Source of the DNA: a virus
Lineage: Duplodnaviria > Caudoviricetes
Reading direction: 5' to 3' (one strand)
DNA: 56,304 bases
IMG/VR virus record: IMGVR_UViG_3300027972_000013
Location: 1-56,304 of that record
Below, piece by piece: positions 24,599 through 34,500 of the stretch. Positions within the stretch are counted from its first letter, which is position 1, and the number at the start of each line of letters is the position of its first letter. The translations under genes were made by a program, and so were the position numbers. Below the pieces are notes generated by a model, which worked only from the letters and a program-made list of their open reading frames with translations, made no database searches and was not told the DNA's origin.

Positions 24599-25059
24599 TG
24601 CGCCCCTCCGTCTGTCCAGTCTAGGACTTGACAGATTAGCCAACGCTGTTCTGCCGTGAACCCATGCCTATTGAACTGGTACTCAAGAGACTCGCGGGCT
24701 GTCGTCATTCCGTAGGTGTCGGCAGCCGCCTTCCAATCGAGGACCATCTCCACGATGTCTAGCCATCCCATCTGTTCAACCGACGCATGGTGCTCTGGAT
24801 GGTGCGAGTTCTCCGCAAAGTGATGGTGAATGCATGGCGCATCCCTAAGCGCCATCTCGTAGGCATCAGATCCAATCGGATTCTCTCTAGCAATATGATG
24901 GATCTTCACGAAACCGGGAAACTCGTCTGGCCCTAGTTTGGATTGATCGTGCATTTGAGCACGTTGCGCGAGATCACCAATTAGCCGCTCGACGTTGGCT
25001 GCTAAGTGCTTCTGATGCCTGATTAGGGCGGCAAGAACGATTGACGATTCCTCGCTCAC
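24595..25059 (-). CDS. HD-like protein (DUF5662-like)
   Basis: HDQSK...HHFAENSHHPEHH...DIVEMVLDW. Confidence 0.7.
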   Translation of the reverse strand: MSEESSIVLAALIRHQKHLAANVERLIGDLAQRAQMHDQSKLGPDEFPGFVKIHHIARENPIGSDAYEMALRDAPCIHHHFAENSHHPEHHASVEQMGWLDIVEMVLDWKAAADTYGMTTARESLEYQFNRHGFTAEQRWLICQVLDWTDGGAQ

Positions 25060-25817
25060 AGCGCAATCACCCCCGCTGCCTGCTCCACCACACACGTCTC
25101 CGCGTGCCAGTCATACGCCCCGTCCTCTACGTCAAACCACACCACGCCCCAGTCAACGTCGTCGTCCACTTCCTCGGCCCCAAACTCACTCGCACCCTGG
25201 AGCGCCGGTAGGCTCATCGCCAACCACGAAGCGTTGCCGACGTAGGAGTAGTAGTGCGTGTGCGCGAATAGGTGGACCTGTGCGCCGACGTCCTTCCCGC
25301 GTGCCGCCCGGAGCTCGTTCCACATCGCGGCCTTAGCCAGCGCCGTGCCCCGCCCGTGCGGAATACCCGAGCGCCCGATCTTGTGCCGCAGCTTGAACGT
25401 CACGCCTTCAATCTGCACGAACTCTCGCGAGGCGATGTCGGCCCCTAGATCACGGGCTATCTGCGACTCCCACTTCTCTAGCTTGCCCGAGTGCCGCGGC
25501 GTCCCGTAGACCATCACGATTCGGGGCGCTTTCCAGATGCGTATACACTCCTTCGCAATCTCGCACTGGTCCTCGCGGTCCTCGCTGACGAGGTGCCGCC
25601 CGGTCTCCCGCCCGTCGATGCAGTCGCCGAGCCCGAACAAGAAGTCCACTGGGCCAATCTTCTTGACGATCTGGGTGTACTTCTTCCACGATGCCGCCTG
25701 GTATCGCGCCAAGGCATCGCGTTCGGGGCTAGTGCCTAGTCGGAATTGCCAGGCGGGAGGCGTCAAGCCGGTCGGGTGACCAGAGTGGAGGTCAGCGATT
25801 GCCGCTCCCCGTTTCAG
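25056..25817 (-). CDS. calcineurin-like metallophosphoesterase (probable CTG start)
   Basis: IADLHSG (upstream of the listed TTG), GDCIDG, GTPRH, RH, AHTH motifs. Confidence 0.8.
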   Translation of the reverse strand: MKRGAAIADLHSGHPTGLTPPAWQFRLGTSPERDALARYQAASWKKYTQIVKKIGPVDFLFGLGDCIDGRETGRHLVSEDREDQCEIAKECIRIWKAPRIVMVYGTPRHSGKLEKWESQIARDLGADIASREFVQIEGVTFKLRHKIGRSGIPHGRGTALAKAAMWNELRAARGKDVGAQVHLFAHTHYYSYVGNASWLAMSLPALQGASEFGAEEVDDDVDWGVVWFDVEDGAYDWHAETCVVEQAAGVIAL

Positions 25818-25999
25818 GATTGCTCCCTGGCAATGTCGCGCTCGAACGCCTCCCGCGCGGCCCGCTCGTCTTCTCCTTCCTCAAGCAGCGCATCGAGAAC
25901 GTCGGCAACTAGATCCCTCGCCAGGCAATGCCCGGTCGGCCCCTTGTACCCGCCCGCGCGCAACTCCTCGCGGATCTCGCGCACCCGCTGTCTGTTCAT
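25814..25999 (-). CDS. hypothetical protein
   Basis: 61-aa coupled ORF. Confidence 0.45.
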   Translation of the reverse strand: MNRQRVREIREELRAGGYKGPTGHCLARDLVADVLDALLEEGEDERAAREAFERDIAREQS

Positions 26000-26382
26000 T
26001 TCCCACCTCGAGCCTTCCGCAACTCGCCAGTCCGCAGATTGAGGTCGAACACAACAAGCTCCGGCTGGTCTGTTCGGAAGTGATAGCGGCCACGCGCATA
26101 CCCCATCTCGCGTAGCCGCCGCATGATCGCACCGCAGGATATGAACGCCGCCTTGCCGCTTGCTCCGATGACGAACTCTCCCGCACCGTTACCGTGGAAC
26201 TGGATACCGAGCTTCGCTGGCTCGGTATCCGTATCAAGCAAGATGTCCACCGACTTGTACTTCGACACGCACAGCTTGCCGCGCGCGGCTACGCCAATCG
26301 AGATTCCCGCTTGTGTGAAGCTCATGGCGTCCGCCGGGCATAACTGGTGCTTCCAGCTATTCTCTTGCTTCTTCCACGCCAT
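25996..26382 (-). CDS. hypothetical protein
   Basis: 128-aa ORF in operon. Confidence 0.5.
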   Translation of the reverse strand: MAWKKQENSWKHQLCPADAMSFTQAGISIGVAARGKLCVSKYKSVDILLDTDTEPAKLGIQFHGNGAGEFVIGASGKAAFISCGAIMRRLREMGYARGRYHFRTDQPELVVFDLNLRTGELRKARGGK

Positions 26383-26390
26383 CTACGCCC

Positions 26391-27068
26391 TCACGAGCAG
26401 CTTCGCGTCTCGACGATGATGTCAAACTCGTGCGTGTCGCCAATGACTCCGTCAGCGTTCTTGACCATGAGCTCGATGCGAACGACCGTCGTCGGCTTCG
26501 TCGGGTAGGTGACAGTCGAACCACCGTCGCCGTTTCCGCCACAGCCACACGCCTTGGCCTTCTTGGCCTTCGCGCTCTTGGTCGCGTTGTACTCGTCGAG
26601 CGGAATGAACTCGTTGCAGTTCGACGCCACGCCAAGCGTGTACGGACACCGGCCCAGCAAGTAGACCTTGAACGCCCCGCTTGGCATCCACTTGCCCGAG
26701 CACTCCTGATAGGCGACGTGGTCGCTGGCCGTTGTGTATACGGGCATCTCTGCCCCCGTATCCTTGACGTAGGCGCGCAACCGAACCAAGTACGGCCCGC
26801 TACCGTTGTCCTCAATGCCCGTCTTGACCGTCGGCGCGCCCGAACCCGCATCGCACCCATGCACCTCTTCGCGCGTGTTGAGGAACAACTGCTCGCCAAA
26901 CCCATACCACTGCTTCGTGAGCAGGAACCCTCGGAACTTCGGCGCGGGGCGCAATGCCGGCGCAACTGGAGTCGTCGGCGTAACCGGCGTCGGCTTCGTC
27001 TTCCTGTTGCCAAACACGATGAGCGCGATCACTCCGATCGCGGCTAGAGCAAACCAACCCCAACCCAT
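26391..27068 (-). CDS. membrane-anchored Cys-containing protein in lysis region
   Basis: MGWGWFALAAIGVIALIVFG TM, Pro/Thr linker, several Cys; SD AGGAGG. Confidence 0.6.
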   Translation of the reverse strand: MGWGWFALAAIGVIALIVFGNRKTKPTPVTPTTPVAPALRPAPKFRGFLLTKQWYGFGEQLFLNTREEVHGCDAGSGAPTVKTGIEDNGSGPYLVRLRAYVKDTGAEMPVYTTASDHVAYQECSGKWMPSGAFKVYLLGRCPYTLGVASNCNEFIPLDEYNATKSAKAKKAKACGCGGNGDGGSTVTYPTKPTTVVRIELMVKNADGVIGDTHEFDIIVETRSCS

Positions 27069-27076
27069 GAACCCTC

Positions 27077-27586
27077 CTATTTCACCCAGAGCTTGTAAGC
27101 CAGTTGGGCAAGCGTGAACGCCACGCCCCCGCCTGCCGCGATATTCCACGGATTGCTCACGATGGCCGATACGGACCCGTCCTTGAACAGGGCCGTCGTG
27201 CCCGCGCCAAGTACGGCGCACAGGATCGCAACGAGCGACAGCGCCTTCTTGCCCGTCCACGCGAACTTGGCCTTGAGCCACTGGAACGCGAACGCGGCAA
27301 GGATTCCAGACAGGGCATAGACCAAGTAGCGGAAGAGCGGAGCCTTCGTCACCTTGGCCCACCACTTCGAGAATGCTGACGGCTTCTTGGCCGTACCAGA
27401 ATTGGGAACGGTCGTACCCGCACAGGGAACGATCACCTTCACGTCCCCCGACGCGATGATCTCTAGGTCTCCAACCTTGACGGTCGTCGTCTTGGCGTTC
27501 GCCTCAAACGAGAACCAGACGAGGACAGAGACCGCGACACCAACGACGAAGATAGCCGCTGCAACGGCCAGCGTTACTTTCCTCAC
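27077..27586 (-). CDS. multi-TM holin-like membrane protein
   Basis: Four hydrophobic segments; ends AQLAYKLW. Confidence 0.55.
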   Translation of the reverse strand: MRKVTLAVAAAIFVVGVAVSVLVWFSFEANAKTTTVKVGDLEIIASGDVKVIVPCAGTTVPNSGTAKKPSAFSKWWAKVTKAPLFRYLVYALSGILAAFAFQWLKAKFAWTGKKALSLVAILCAVLGAGTTALFKDGSVSAIVSNPWNIAAGGGVAFTLAQLAYKLWVK

Positions 27587-27864
27587 GCCGCCCCTTCTGA
27601 ATGCGTGAACTCGCCCACCAGGTTCTTGAAATTGACGAAGGCGTCGATCACGCCGCCGATCCCGTCAACGATAGCCGTGACGATCGACTCTCGCACTCCT
27701 AGACCGCTCATGATGCTTCTAAGCGATGCTAGGACACCCGCCTTCTTCTCCGCCCCCCATCCGGGCTGCTCGAACTGCTTGATGAGCTCGATGACTGCCG
27801 GGATGGCGATTAGAAGAGCCTTCACGTACTCCGGGATGTACGTCACCCACTCTGGTAGCTTCAC
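27583..27864 (-). CDS. holin-like small protein
   Basis: AIPAVIELIKQFEQPGWGAEKKAGVL...IDAFV pattern. Confidence 0.55.
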   Translation of the reverse strand: MKLPEWVTYIPEYVKALLIAIPAVIELIKQFEQPGWGAEKKAGVLASLRSIMSGLGVRESIVTAIVDGIGGVIDAFVNFKNLVGEFTHSEGAA

Positions 27865-28232
27865 TCTTTCACCCCTCTTGTCTTGATGCAGTCGACTAGT
27901 TCTACGAACGCCTTCGTGTGTGCTTCTCGATCCTCTGCGTCGTGAGCGAAGTGGTTCTCGATCACGGTTGCATTCCTGTCCACGGACTTCTGTAGGCCGG
28001 CCACGGCAACGTTCATCCCCTCGACCGACTCCTTCATGGAATCGCGTAGCGGCACAACGATCGTCTCGGATACAACTTTGATGGTGTCGAGTGTTGATTT
28101 CTTGTCGTGCCGCTGCGCGTATACGAACAGGGCAACCACCGCAACAAGGAGCAGCCCGATCGCCACAAGCGGAGTTAGTTGAGACAGCGCCTCAATCCAC
28201 TTGGGCCCGTTTGTCACTACCGCTTCGCCCAC
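27861..28232 (-). CDS. holin-like TM plus coiled-coil protein
   Basis: TM PLVAIGLLLVAVVALFVY and C-terminal NHFAH. Confidence 0.55.
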   Translation of the reverse strand: MGEAVVTNGPKWIEALSQLTPLVAIGLLLVAVVALFVYAQRHDKKSTLDTIKVVSETIVVPLRDSMKESVEGMNVAVAGLQKSVDRNATVIENHFAHDAEDREAHTKAFVELVDCIKTRGVKE

Positions 28233-28240
28233 GTTACCCC

Positions 28241-28276
28241 CAAAAGCAAAAGACGCCCCGGTTTCCCGGAGGCGTC
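28241..28276 (-). terminator. intrinsic terminator upstream of lysis genes
   Basis: GACGCCTCCGG-GAAA-CCGGGGCGTC followed by TTTTGCTTTTG. Confidence 0.8.
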
Positions 28277-28325
28277 TGGTCTCCCCGCCCATGCGGGGAC
28301 CGACTGCCTTGTCGGATACGTTACT

Positions 28326-28354
28326 ACCCTACGCCTTTTCAGGCCCCTTGTCAA
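28326..28354 (-). promoter_or_regulatory. sigma70-like promoter
   Basis: TTGACA-17-TAGGGT. Confidence 0.55.
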
Positions 28355-28595
28355 GTTCGCGGTGATAGACAGCGCCCGCAAACGTGACTGGATCTACGTT
28401 AGAGAAATCCATTTCGCCAAGCGGGGGTAGGTTCTCGATCCGCTTCCCCGCCTGGCTCCAAACGCGCCTCTGTTCTAGTGCGTGTCGCTCTTTCTCGATA
28501 GATGCCCGCGCCTCGATCGCCATGATGGCATTCTGGTGCGCCATGAGTTCCACGATCTCGCTGCGTTCGAGCGCGATCTCCGTCCTCTTGTCCAT
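28329..28595 (-). CDS. small coiled-coil protein after tail genes
   Basis: 88-aa ORF, possible fibre chaperone. Confidence 0.5.
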   Translation of the reverse strand: MDKRTEIALERSEIVELMAHQNAIMAIEARASIEKERHALEQRRVWSQAGKRIENLPPLGEMDFSNVDPVTFAGAVYHRELDKGPEKA

Positions 28596-28603
28596 CGTCC
28601 CCC

Positions 28604-30556
28604 CTATGCCGAAGACCTCAAGCGGATGTAGCGGACATCCGAACCGACAACAAGCGTGATGTATCCCTCGTAAGTCCCTCCGGTAGACACCCAACCGGAC
28701 ACCTGCATCGTGCTCGCCCCGCCGACGTTGAGGAAGATGTCGTCGTATGCCGTCAGCGTGAGGTCGCCACGCTGCGCATTCAGCGTCAGGTTAGTGTAAC
28801 CGCCAAGCGTTGGGCTTTGAGACATGCTTAGATAGCTAGAATTGGCGACCGTCCCATCCGTCGAGTAGCCCAGCCACTGCCCGCTCACGATGCTCAGACA
28901 GTTCGGGTAGGCCGCGCTTACGCTACGCACATCGCCGACGTTGTAGAGCGTGTGGGTCGCCAGGTCGAGGTCTGCTGAGAGCGTCCCGGTGATCGAGCCC
29001 ACTACGATCAGCTCCGTCCCCGTCCACTTCATGTAGTTCGTCGCGTTGCCGATGGAGAACATGGAGGCGCTGGCCGCATAGCCCAGCCAGAATCCGGGGT
29101 CGGTGTCAGTCGGGCTCGACTTGCCTTGACAGATAGCGCTCCCCGTCGTCGTCGCCAGCGTGATCGTCTGCGCGTCAATCGTCCCCGCCGTGAGCTTCGA
29201 GACGGAGAGCGTTGCGATCTTCCCGTCCGTCACCGCGAGGTCGACGATCTGGTTGGTGTTCACAACGTTCGTCGTCGCCGAGATGTCGATGGCCGAGACC
29301 TTGATCGACAGCGTCCCCGCGAGCGGGTTGAAGCGGAAGTAGTAGGAGCTTCCCTCTGCGTACAGCCGCCCGGCTGAGTCTAGGTACGTCGCCCACGTCG
29401 AGCCGTCCCAGTAGCCCAGATAGTCTGTCGTGACGTAGAGCCCGGCGTCGCCCGGAGCGGAAGGCAGCCCGCCCGCCACCCCGCCCGGAATGTTGGAAAT
29501 CTTGACCGCGCTTAGGTCGTTCGCCTGGACGTAGGTCTTCAAGTCGAACTCTCGCGTCTTGTTCCCAAGCTCGATCGAGATCGCGCCGGGACTCCCCGTG
29601 ACATCCGACTTCGACACCGACACGATGCGAACGCTGGCGGTTACGTCTAGCGCGGGATCATCAATGCGGAGCAGCTTCCCCAGCGTGAAAGCGTCAATGG
29701 ACTCCCCAGTGATCGCCGTGAGGTCCGCCGCGCTCACGCGGTAGGTTAGCTTCGGGGTGGAGAGTTCCGCCGCGTAGTCCACCGCCGCCGTATACAGTTC
29801 CGCGACGGTCGTGTAGTCCTGGTCGACCCAGTACTTCTCGATGACGCCGTAGGTGCCAGTGTTGGTATCGATGTACTTGAGGCCCGTTGGGTTCACCGAG
29901 GAGATGTCGACCTGCTCCGTCCCTGCCCCTGCCCCAAACGCCCACAAGCGCGTCACGAGCTCCGTGACGTCCTCTTCCTTCTCGATTGTCTGAAGGTTGC
30001 GCCCGTAGTCGATGTAGGCGCTGACTTGCGTCTCATCGTCTACAAGGTTCAGCGTCCACGGGTAGGCGTTGGTGTTGACCGTCCACAGATACCCCGACTG
30101 GAGGCGCCCTACGATGTCGCACAGGCACGCCCACAAGGAAGCGCCCCGCGCCCACTCGTAGAGGAATTGGGCGTTGAAGTCGCACGTCCCCAGCGCCCAA
30201 TTCGATTGGAGCGCAAGAACGTCGGCGATTGATACGGCAGTCCCCGGCCCCGAGTAGGTGATCGCCGCCACCTTCGCGTCGATCAGCGTAGCGAGGACGT
30301 GTTCGCAGTCCACCCTAATCTCGGTCGCCTCGCCGTCCGAGTAGGTGATCTTCTTGATGCGGAAGAGTTCTACCCGTTCGTCGTCGTCGTAGATTTCGGC
30401 GTAGCGCAGGACGGCGATCTCGGCGGCGTGTGGATCGTCGGCAGCGATCGTGAACCCCGCCGTCCAAATCTCGTTCTCTCGCATCTCGTAGTTGATCGCG
30501 TAGGCGTCTGCGATGTCAGCGACTAGCTCCCGCGAGGTGTTGTAGACCTTGACCAT
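28604..30556 (-). CDS. Tal / tail spike protein (prophage tail endopeptidase-like N-terminus)
   Basis: ELFRIKK...CEHVLATL...YGRNLQTI..TRLWAFG, followed by ITxxKI/AGTIDA fibre repeats. Confidence 0.8.
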   Translation of the reverse strand: MVKVYNTSRELVADIADAYAINYEMRENEIWTAGFTIAADDPHAAEIAVLRYAEIYDDDERVELFRIKKITYSDGEATEIRVDCEHVLATLIDAKVAAITYSGPGTAVSIADVLALQSNWALGTCDFNAQFLYEWARGASLWACLCDIVGRLQSGYLWTVNTNAYPWTLNLVDDETQVSAYIDYGRNLQTIEKEEDVTELVTRLWAFGAGAGTEQVDISSVNPTGLKYIDTNTGTYGVIEKYWVDQDYTTVAELYTAAVDYAAELSTPKLTYRVSAADLTAITGESIDAFTLGKLLRIDDPALDVTASVRIVSVSKSDVTGSPGAISIELGNKTREFDLKTYVQANDLSAVKISNIPGGVAGGLPSAPGDAGLYVTTDYLGYWDGSTWATYLDSAGRLYAEGSSYYFRFNPLAGTLSIKVSAIDISATTNVVNTNQIVDLAVTDGKIATLSVSKLTAGTIDAQTITLATTTGSAICQGKSSPTDTDPGFWLGYAASASMFSIGNATNYMKWTGTELIVVGSITGTLSADLDLATHTLYNVGDVRSVSAAYPNCLSIVSGQWLGYSTDGTVANSSYLSMSQSPTLGGYTNLTLNAQRGDLTLTAYDDIFLNVGGASTMQVSGWVSTGGTYEGYITLVVGSDVRYIRLRSSA

Positions 30557-31545
30557 TACACCCACCGATCCTTGTAGACCACCGTCACGCCGAGTGTCCG
30601 TGAAACCTCTGAGTCCGTGAACGTAACTTCGTTCACGCCAGGCCCGAGAGAGATCCACTCCCCGTCCATGTTCTTCATGTCGTTCACGCCGTTCACCGTG
30701 AGGAGTTGCTGGTCGCAGTCGATGACGAGAACCGCGCCGGGTGTGAGGCTGCCAAGGTACTCAAATAGCGTGCCGCTCCACACAGCACCATCTATCAAGA
30801 GCGACACCCCGCCGACGATGCTCACCGCCGCTTCGAGTAGGTGGATCGCGGTCGAGATGGACACATACATGCGCGGCGCGATCGCGGCTGTCGCAGAGAA
30901 GACCTGATTGGCAGACGCCGACACGCTCTGCGCGGCAGTAATCGCCGCCGAGGCTTCCGTGACTTCCGTCCATGTGACGGACAGATACGGTTCGTGCCCG
31001 GCGTCGTTGTAGAATGTCGCTCCCTCGCCAACCGCAACGGGGGCCGTGGCGGAGATGTCTTTGCTGGTGCGAAGGATGAGCTTCGTTGTCCCGCCACATT
31101 GGACCCATCCCATGCCGGTTGAGTTCATCGTTATGTAGCTCCAGATGCCGGAAGAGAACGACGTTGCCGCCTTTGATCCACCGTCCCCGCTGTACTTGGA
31201 ATAGTCGTAGTCACCCAAGACGACGGGATCATGCGGGTAGTCTGGTTGGCCGTTCTGAAGCACGATGTCACACGCGGTGACGTATACGGTCTTCGGATAC
31301 AGGTACAGCTTGCAGGACGTCACCACCGACCCAGCTGGGATGGTGCTTGTGTCGAATAGGAGTGGCCCGCGCAGGACGGAGTACACGCCGGTATCGAGGC
31401 CCTGCCAGGCGGATACGGTTGTGTCGCTGTAGCTCACAGCCGCCGCGGCGTTCCTGCACGTAGTGTAGTTAGCGTCGATCTTCCAGAGCTGGACATGCAG
31501 CCCCGACCTTGCCGCAATGTTCGCTGAGTGCGCCACTACGACCAC
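30556..31545 (-). CDS. tail protein: beta-sandwich domain plus C-terminal Dit-like domain
   Basis: LLFDTSTIPAGSVVTSCKLYLY; ends LVIDCDQQLLTVNG...LGPGVNEVTF...YKDRWV. Confidence 0.7.
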   Translation of the reverse strand: MVVVAHSANIAARSGLHVQLWKIDANYTTCRNAAAAVSYSDTTVSAWQGLDTGVYSVLRGPLLFDTSTIPAGSVVTSCKLYLYPKTVYVTACDIVLQNGQPDYPHDPVVLGDYDYSKYSGDGGSKAATSFSSGIWSYITMNSTGMGWVQCGGTTKLILRTSKDISATAPVAVGEGATFYNDAGHEPYLSVTWTEVTEASAAITAAQSVSASANQVFSATAAIAPRMYVSISTAIHLLEAAVSIVGGVSLLIDGAVWSGTLFEYLGSLTPGAVLVIDCDQQLLTVNGVNDMKNMDGEWISLGPGVNEVTFTDSEVSRTLGVTVVYKDRWV

Positions 31546-34500
31546 CTCGGCTCATGATCGACGTCCATGTCAACCGTTCGGCTTACTGCGGCGTCGCTGT
31601 ACTCGACGACGTTTGCACCAGGGGCTAGCTTCCAGAACACGCCCGTCATGTCGTAGCGCACGTCCGTACCGTTCTTCTTCACGGTCATGCGGTCGGTGTC
31701 GATTTCGAGGATGTCGCCCGCCGCGAGGCTGCCTGAGTAGCCAATCAACTGGACGATGTACTTGATGGCGACGATCTGGAGCGAGGTCGTTGCTGTAATC
31801 GCCACTACGCCACCGCGCACGATCATGCCAAGCGCGGCGACAGAGACCGCGACGGAGATCGCCGACGCCAGCGTGAACAAGAGCCCACCACGCGGGATGA
31901 TCTCGGCGCTGGCAGTGATCGCCGCAACTGCATCGGCTAAGAGACTCGCCGCCGCCGCCAACTCCGCTACGGCCTGAGCGTCCACCACCCCGTCAAGCGT
32001 CATCGTCCCCACGGCTACTTGTGAGGCGACGACGTTGATCCCCGCCGACGCGCGGCGAATGGGTGAGCCCAGGCTGACGAGGACTGCCGTAACGTGCTCG
32101 ATGCTGACCTTGCCGTCAGCGAGGAGGTTGCCTGCCGCGACGACTTCCGCCGCCGCCGTGATGAGATCCTGGGCCGAGGCCAAGAGCGCGGCCTGTGCTT
32201 CGATAGACGCCGCGGCAGAGATGGCGGTATTGCCTCCGCGGATGAGGCCGGCGACTGCTTGCATGGACGCGGCAATCGCCACGGCGCACACCCCGACCTT
32301 GACCATGGTGTCGGGGACAATACTGAGAGAGGCGCTCGCGTCAATGTCTACAACTCCGTCCGCAATCAGGCTGGCCGCGGCGACGATGGATGCGACCGCG
32401 TCAACGTCGACAACGCCGTCCGCCGTTAGGCTGCCAGCCGCGATGAGGTCGGCGACCGCGGCGATGTCCGCCTTGCCGTCTGTCGTCAAGTTCGCCCCCG
32501 CCACCAATGCTGCGAGCGCCGCTATCGCACACGCGGCAGCCTTGACCATGCCGTCTGGGACAATGCCGAGGAAAGCGCTCGCGGTGACGCCCGCCGTGCC
32601 GTCTACGATGAGGTTCGCCGCCGCGACAAGCCCCGCAGCTGCACCAACATCGACAGCCCCGTCCGCAAGGAGGATTCCCGCCACGACAAGATCAGTGACG
32701 GCGGAGATGTCGACAACGCCGTCCGCAATCGTAGACGCGAGAGCGGACAATGAGGCCGCAGCTTGTACGTCTACCGCGGCAACCTTGAAGACGGCTCCCG
32801 CGGGATCGACTGACACGACCGCCTGGATGTCCACTGCGCCCAGCTTGACGAGCGCCTGGAGAATCAAGAGCGCCGCCGCAGCATTCGCGTCTACCTTGCC
32901 GTCTGCGATGAGGGAGCCAAGGACGACAAGTGATGCCGCTACGTTAGCGTTCACCTTCCCGCCGAGGGTGAGCTCGCACACCGCCGACAATGATGCTGCC
33001 GCGTTCGCGTTCACAACACCAAGCCGAACGAGCGTCGCAACATCCGCAAGGTTGGCTGCCGCAGATATGGCAACCACGCCGGATTCAAGTTGCGACGCCC
33101 CGCCCGCCTTCCAGAAGCAGCCAGCTTCCCCGACGAGCGGCTTGGCCTGCGAGTTGTAGAGCGTCGTGACCCATGTCGAGGCTTTCTCTGCGTTTAGTAG
33201 GCGGTACTCGTCTCCGATACCCGCGAAGAAGTTGGCCTCATTGTGCGACCCAATGAGGAGCGCCCGCGCCACATTCTCCATCGCGGTGTAAGTGCCTGAT
33301 GTATCGTCCGTGTCGTCTATCTGGACGCCGTCACGGTAAATCTTGAATCCAGAGCAGGCTTCGTTCCCCGAGTATGTTCCGACGAAGTGATGCCAAGCGT
33401 TGTCGTTCGCTAGAGCGGTGTTGTAGTGCCGCCCACGGAAAGCCCCGGTTGAGTTGTCCCACGCATCGAAGTAGATCTTGCTTCCCGACGAGACGTAGAG
33501 AAGCCACTCTCTCAAGTCGGCTGGTCCGCCGCCTGCCGCTGTCGTGTAGATTCCGATGAGGGAGCGCGAGGCCACCTTATCAGTGTCGAACTTGACCCAC
33601 AGCGCGATCGTGAAGGGCGAGTCCGTAGACCCATCCCCGAATGAGAAGTGGGCATCATCCCCCATCGAGATGTAGTCAGCGGTCCCGTCGAAGTCTTGTG
33701 CGCTACCCACGACTCCGCTTGTCGTCACCGCAGGATGAGCCGCCGCTTGCTTCGTTCCGTTGTGGGCCAACGTTCCGTAGTCGTCAACGCAGGACGTGCT
33801 CGTGGTACGTGCCTGTGCCGCGACTGATCCAAAGTAGCGGATGTCTGCCGCTCGGTCGTACCCGTCCGCGCCGAGGAACCAGACGAGCCGGAACGACGGA
33901 AGCGCATTGAGTGGGTAGTACGGCATCGAGTTGTGCGTCGACGATCCCGTTGTGATGTCCCGCGCCTTGGCCCAGGAGATGGCGCTGATTGGCGTCGAGT
34001 ATTCCTGCACCTCGTCCTTGGCCGACACGGCGACAGTGAACGCGGCATAGAGCGTCGTACCGAAGATGTAGAGCGATCCGTCGCAAATGCTCGTGTCTGC
34101 ATCGTATGGCGTCCCAATCGCATCGCTCTCTAGGACCGTGGTCTCATTCCACGCCCCGCCCGAGTAGTCGAAGCAGAGCAGCTTGTCCGTCGCAACGGAA
34201 TCCGTGACCTTGTAGAGGATGAACGGCCTGTTCGTTGAGTCTGCGACGATTGCTCCGACGTACCCAGTATCCCATGATGCGTCGGAGTTGAAGACGAGAT
34301 AGCCAGCGCCCTCGGCCATCGGCAAGGTGATCGCTCCGCCGTCCGCTTCCTTCCATGCCGGTGTCGCTGCCGTCGCGTTGTCCGTGTAGGCATAGTAGAG
34401 ATCGTGGTTGAGGTTCCCCGCCGAGTAGTCTCGGTAGTGGTAGGCGAGGTGAACACGATCCGAGGCCCCAATGCAGACGGAGTAGTATTGGGTATCGAGG

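Noticed and set aside
32035-33159. Long plus-strand ORFs (also 38770-40197, 44183-44854, 46652-47341 and others)
   Set aside because: Antisense shadows of high-GC minus-strand genes; no RBS or protein-like motifs
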